Positions 61,631 to 64,000 of a DNA stretch of 64,000 bases are shown piece by piece. The translations under genes were made by a program, and so were the position numbers. Origin of the DNA: Convolutriloba macropyga (taxonomy: Eukaryota); contig NC_134474.1 in assembly GCF_964194025.1 (NCBI RefSeq), forward strand, positions 18,662,001-18,726,000, given 5' to 3'. The notes under the pieces were generated by a model. It did not search any database. It saw only the letters and a list, made by a program, of their open reading frames with translations, and had not been told where the DNA came from. The stretch's first letter is position 1; every line of letters starts with the position of its first letter.

Positions 61631-62004
61631 TATTAGAGTAGTGATTCGTGGTGCGAGTGTGCGTAGAAATTATTACTTAGTGATTCGCGGTGCAAAATCC
61701 TGATTCAATTTGTTCGCGCTCACTCGCGGAGCGGAATTCAAGAAGAGAAATTGGTGAACTGATTTTGAAATGCAAAATTAAAGAGAATGAAGTTTAAGGA
61801 AATATAAAGCACTTGTAAACAACGTAAATGCGTGATCAGACATGTCTGATTACGGGGCGGGAAACCAAGCAGAAAGTTAACAGCAGATTACAAGACGCGA
61901 ACTGAACAAAATATGAAAAGCAAATAAATGAACTAAATTTAGGGAACCACATAAGATATACTGCATCAAACAAATTAATGAATAAAGATACATCAGGTAT
62001 CACA
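61631..62004 (-). repeat. 5' LTR of D
   Basis: Direct repeat of 55191-55564. Confidence 0.92.
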
Positions 62005-64000
62005 GGTCGTTCAAAAATCTATTTGTATCTCTGATTTGTGAATCTGTAAATCTGATTTGGGACTATAAATGGTTTATGGGCTTGGAGTTGCTTTGCAGGA
62101 ATTATAGATTTTAAGTTTTTACCGATGGCAGTGAAAGGTTTGCACTCTATTGCTTGGACCAAGAGGTCGCGGTTCATGTATGGCCACCAGCAATGCTGGG
62201 CCACACATACCATCCCCCGGCTACACAGGTGACTGGCATGGAGGTCCTCGACAAGCGCATCCTTTATTTAGAGCGTTGGGGATGGTCACCTTCTCGTCCA
62301 TGCACACACAACCATTGCTGACATGCAGCTTCCGCCAGTAGCTGTGCAGGTAAGAGTTTAAGGCTTTTAAGTTTTCCTGGTCAAAGCGGATGATGCAGTC
62401 CCTGACTTCTTTGAGCACTGCATCTTTGCTCGTTAGGGATGCTATTAATCCTTTGTTAAAGACCTTGCCAAATACTTTGTCAAAGGAAAGGATTTGAGGG
62501 CTATCAATGAGCGGGGTACTGATATTTGAATGCGATGAGGATTGGCGTGGCGTGTTTGGAGTAGTATTTTCCGTAAAGCAAACGCGCGGCGAAGTTCGGT
62601 TTAGACGAGTTGAGGTTATTTTGCCTTTCATTGCGGACATTTGTTGGCTCATTTTTGTAGAGATTGTTGAATTTTCAATTAAATTAATTGAATAGGAGAA
62701 AGACAACTGAATTTCACATTGATTTTGGGCAAAAAAGGGCCTTTATTGTTTATCAATTGGGCACGTGAGTTATTTAAGGTATGTGACTTTTTAGTGCTAC
62801 TTAAGAAAGAAATTGTGATTGACAAGTTAGAGTGGTTCAATTTGGTGAATTGATGCCGGTTTCGGTAAGCGAGTGACGCCTTTCCGGTATTTTGTGTCTG
62901 AGTTAGTGCTATTTGAGGCTCAAATTGTATTGGTGTAATTATGGTATTTGTATTATGCGACGCGAGTTTGGATGTAATTTAGTGTTTACTAGTGTGAGCT
63001 GCAAATAGGGCATTTGAGGTATGCGAATTATATTACTGGTTAAATAAAAGAGGATTATGCCCGGCAGGTGTGAATTTATTATGAGTAAAGCGTACTCGCG
63101 GATCAAAATTGCAATCGGAAATATTATGATTGAGTGTGTTTGATTTTGAAGTATGAAATTCTGGGGCAAGTGCTAATTGATTTGGAGGTAAGTGTACTTG
63201 CGGTGCGAGTGTGCTATCAAGTTTTGTACAAATATTGTGGTTGAAATTTTGATTCGGCTTTTGCTTCCTGGCGAGTATTGAACTATTCTGTGTGAAGCGT
63301 ACGCGCATTGCGTGTTCACTATCTGAATTAACCGAGTTAAAAAGGGGCAGATTGAAAAGATACATTCGCGTCTTGTGTGCTGAAATATTGTCTGTTAAAC
63401 GTACGCGCTTTGAGGAATCATTATTAAAATCAGGATTGTATCTCAAAAATAATTTTGAACTAGAATTTTTCGGAGCAGGTGACATATTGTCTTTTGCTGC
63501 TAATTTAGGTTTAGCGAGATTTATATTCAATACTTGTTTTGTATGTTGGTAAAGACAATTTTGTAAATCATATTCATTATCGTGATAATATTTATTGAAT
63601 GTAAGTGCGGAAATATGTTTTTCTTGATTAAGTAATATTGCATCAGTATGTATACGTGATAATGTCGGGACTAAAAATTCTTTGTCATATTTAGAAATAC
63701 TTTTTGCCGGTTGATAAGGATTGCGGGATATATAATCAAAAAGTCCCATCATTGCGCCTGGCAAATGTGCTATTTTAAATTGAAAGAGTAAAAATCGACC
63801 AACCCATCGTGATAAACGAATGTTGTATCTTTTGTTGGATCTGTGCTCTTTTAAAATTCAAAGAAGGGCTCGGTGATCAGTTATAAAAGAAATTTCTTTG
63901 CCGTAAAGGTAATGTTTAAAATATTCTATGGACCAAACTACTCCAAGAAGTTCAAGTTCATTTAAGCTATAACGTTCTTCATTACTATTTAAGAATCTAG
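62005..64000 (-). mobile_element. Element E, upstream part: RNase H end, long linker, integrase zinc-finger region; continues beyond the window
   Basis: ELELLGVVWSIEYFKHYLYG..TDHRAL; LIASLTSKDAVLKEVRDCI; HCWWPYMNR. Confidence 0.9.

Larger units (their letters stand above)
55191..62004 (-). mobile_element. Element D: full-length Ty3/Gypsy element without env, nested in the integrase gene of E
   Basis: LTRs 55191-55564 and 61631-62004; gag-PR-RT-RH-IN order. E integrase sequence resumes on both sides. Confidence 0.93.

Overview
AT-rich eukaryotic, probably animal, genomic DNA with GT-AG introns and two assembly gaps. The species cannot be determined from the sequence. Left part (1-25 kb): the probable first coding exon of an unidentified gene with a 2.1-kb tandem duplication, then a head-to-tail cluster of four TSPO (translocator protein) genes on the minus strand, each with two coding exons, interspersed with MITEs and a dispersed hairpin-ended repeat. 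Right part (25.8-64 kb): decayed retroelements, all on the minus strand. These are two env-bearing Ty3/Gypsy elements (A, B), the 3' end of a third (C), a Penelope-like element, a 1.75-kb tandem array, and two nested Gypsy elements of another group (D inside E). Best candidate for an undescribed system: A, B and C each carry an extra ORF ending in a DnaJ/J-domain just inside the 3' LTR. In A and B it lies downstream of a class III-like (chuvirus/gB-type) envelope gene and reads as a small N-terminal domain, a coiled coil and the J-domain (HPD intact in A). This suggests an endogenous retrovirus-like lineage with its own Hsp70 co-chaperone. Also notable: a PHD finger in frame just upstream of the YxDD motif of the Penelope RT, and repeated RVxF-like motifs in a long RNase H-integrase linker. 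All family assignments are by-eye motif recognition; no searches were run.
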